Under the pieces are notes generated by a model, which saw only the letters and a program-made list of their open reading frames with translations, did no database searches and had not been told where the DNA came from. A stretch of 64,000 nucleotides of DNA from Rhizodiscina lignyota (lineage: Eukaryota): NCBI GenBank assembly GCA_010015805.1, contig ML978121.1, positions 2,232,001-2,296,000 on the forward strand. The letters are read 5' to 3'. The position numbers and the translations under genes are program-made. This document shows, one piece after another, positions 61,891-64,000 of this stretch; the first letter of the stretch is position 1, and every line of letters starts with the position of its first letter.

Positions 61891-63237
61891 TTACGAGCTT
61901 CGCGCCGGAATGGGACGTTCAGCTTGAGGAGTGATACGGATGTGGTGGCGTTTCTCATTTGGCCCCAGGGGATAATCCAAGACTACCGAATGCATGACCA
62001 TCCGATTGTCATACACAACGACTGTGCCTGGCTCCCATTTGGCGCGGGTGTGGAATTCAAGGCCTGTCTGGAGATGTGAATAGAGCATCCTTGTGATTGC
62101 ATCGCTTTCTTCATCCTTCAGTCCCACGATGCCGCTGATGTACTCGGGCGGAAACCAGAGCGCTTTTCGTCCAGTGACAGGATGTTTGCGGACGATCGGG
62201 TGTACGGTGTCGACGAGCTCGCGGCGGTACACACTGACCTTGGATCCGTGGACCGCTTGCCGCTGGCCTGAATGCAAGGCGTCCAGTCCCTCGAGGAAAG
62301 CTTTCATTGGCTCCGAAAGTTTATCATATGCTTCCATGGAGTTCAAATACAGCGTGTCGCCACCAGTCTCCGGGTTCTCGAGGACGGCCAAAAACGTTGT
62401 GCCCATTGGATTCCTGTCCTGCATCAGATCGTGTGAAGAATATCCAGCAGACCTCGGTACTCACTTTTCATAAGTCATATCAGAGTGCCATCGAGTCGTG
62501 GTCAGCATACCAGCACTGTAGTGGTCAAATACGGTCTTGTTGCTATCACGGAGGTTGGCCAAGATCTCTGGATGACCTTTCATGTGGGAGCCAAATGAAT
62601 GAACGTGCAGTCTTCCGAAGTGGCTACCGTACTGCTTCAGGAACTCGGGGCTTTGGTGGACAAAGTCTTGATCGCGGAATACCAGCAAGCCGCGTTCTGC
62701 TGCCCAGAGTGACAATTCGTCCTTTTGCTGGTCTGTAAGGGCGCTGAGCTGGACGCCTTTGACCTCTGTTCCAGTCGAGGGGGTCATATCTTTCTTTTCC
62801 TTGATCGCTGCGAACAAGGCTTTCTTTTCGGGGTCAGCCCTGGAAGCTGGGTCTACATGATCATATTGTTCATATGGAGCCTCCTTGGTAAGCGTTGTGT
62901 GAGCCAAATAGTGCTTCCATGGATACTGCCGACAGGGTTAGACACCGAATGACAGGGAATTGCAGAGACGCACGTCAGTGTAGTCTGCCTTGAGAAGCTG
63001 GAGCATCTCCGTTTGCCCTTTTGGGTTGATAGGGCCCTCAGTAGTGTTTCCGGGAAACTTGAAGTCTTTCGGAGGGACGAAGTCGGTATTTGGCTTCGTG
63101 CCCGTAAACCATTTGTAGCCTTTGAATTCGACCTCCCAGCCTCCTGGAACCTTTGTGTATTTTGGCTCGTCATTGATGGGGAGACTCAACGTTTCAGCAG
63201 TGCTGGGAACAGTTTCCGTGACGGTAGACGTTGCCAT
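61891..63237 (-). CDS. TauD/TfdA-family Fe(II)/2-oxoglutarate dioxygenase (Jlp1-like sulfonate dioxygenase)
   Basis: AERGLLVFRDQ, WHSDMTYE, GGDTL, HPIVRKHPVTG and YDNRMVMH. Introns 62926-62973 and 62414-62464. Confidence 0.93.
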
Positions 63238-64000
63238 GTTTGATGGTAGTATTTTTTTCACGGTCTTGATTTCGTTTCTTTGCTTGGACGAGTGATCGCA
63301 GCTCTTTCTTCCTCGCAGATATATGCAGAAAACAAACCCTCGATTCTATACATTGTCTACCCGAGTTTTCCTGTTTCTGTTGATAATAGACTACTCTGTT
63401 GTAAGAAATCTAATTGTCATTGGAGGAGAGAAGTCTTGGAGTGAGCAGATTCGGAAGAGCCGCCCCGGATAAGAGCAAGACGTGATGAAAGCATCTGCAA
63501 GTGTTCCATCCTTTGCGTATTCCTCCCCTTCCTAATTCGTCCATGATTGACAGAGATAAGGAAGTCATACATGGAAACTTCGCTTTGATGCCTGCCGCTG
63601 CTACCGACATCGATGTACTGGTAACAGGCTCTGTAGCTCTTCTACTTCCACTTCTACTCTGCATATGAGCGGGACTTTTGAAGGATTGGTATAATTCTTT
63701 CAACCATCAAGAATGCGAAGGCGCCGCGTTAAGAATATGAGGCGTGCAGATCGTTGCTGTAAAGGGTTACCGCGGAGCTCTTCAGCTTTCATTTCCGTCC
63801 TAGTGTTTCACCGACGTCCACCCAGCCACATCAACATCCCAACCAGCGACAAGGAGCCCCATCTCCCAAGCCTGCGGAATACGTTGTGACCAAGTCGACT
63901 GGGCAGTTTCTAGATTGATCACTACCATGTCTCCACGGTCTTGGATAGGGCAACCGGACTTCCGCGCTGAACATTTCGTCGGCTGCTTACTGGCGGCGAA

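Noticed and set aside
63800..64000. Open minus-strand frame at the right edge
   Set aside because: Only ~67 codons with no recognisable motif; cannot be judged without the next window.
1..64000. Transposons, RIP-degraded repeats, tRNA/rRNA, PKS/NRPS cluster
   Set aside because: By eye I saw no transposase or RT ORF, terminal repeats, strongly AT-rich tract, cloverleaf or backbone synthase.

Overview
Gene-dense eukaryotic DNA from a filamentous ascomycete (Pezizomycotina; Dothideomycetes is plausible but not proven). It has short GT-AG introns with CTAAC/CTGAC branch sites and about 30 protein-coding genes, whose exon structures I reconstructed by hand. Recognisable core genes are RIO1, a haspin-family kinase, SHO1, dynactin p24/RO10, an AVT5/6/7-type transporter and methylcrotonyl-CoA carboxylase alpha. 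They are interspersed with metabolic and detoxification genes: a P450, two GSTs, an MFS efflux pump, an amidase, GH27 alpha-galactosidase, a class II aldolase, a 2-hydroxyacid dehydrogenase, an FAD oxidoreductase, an SDR and a TauD-type dioxygenase. Several orphan genes are also present. I found no rRNA, tRNA, transposon, CRISPR array or backbone biosynthetic gene, and I cannot demonstrate a new biological system. The best leads are: a decaying D-lactate dehydrogenase-like gene; a ~297-codon frame broken by one TGA-CGG; an orphan with GYG/RG low-complexity repeats; a four-copy CGGAGA motif cluster inside a GST intron; and a divergent P450 / PTS1-bearing GST pair.
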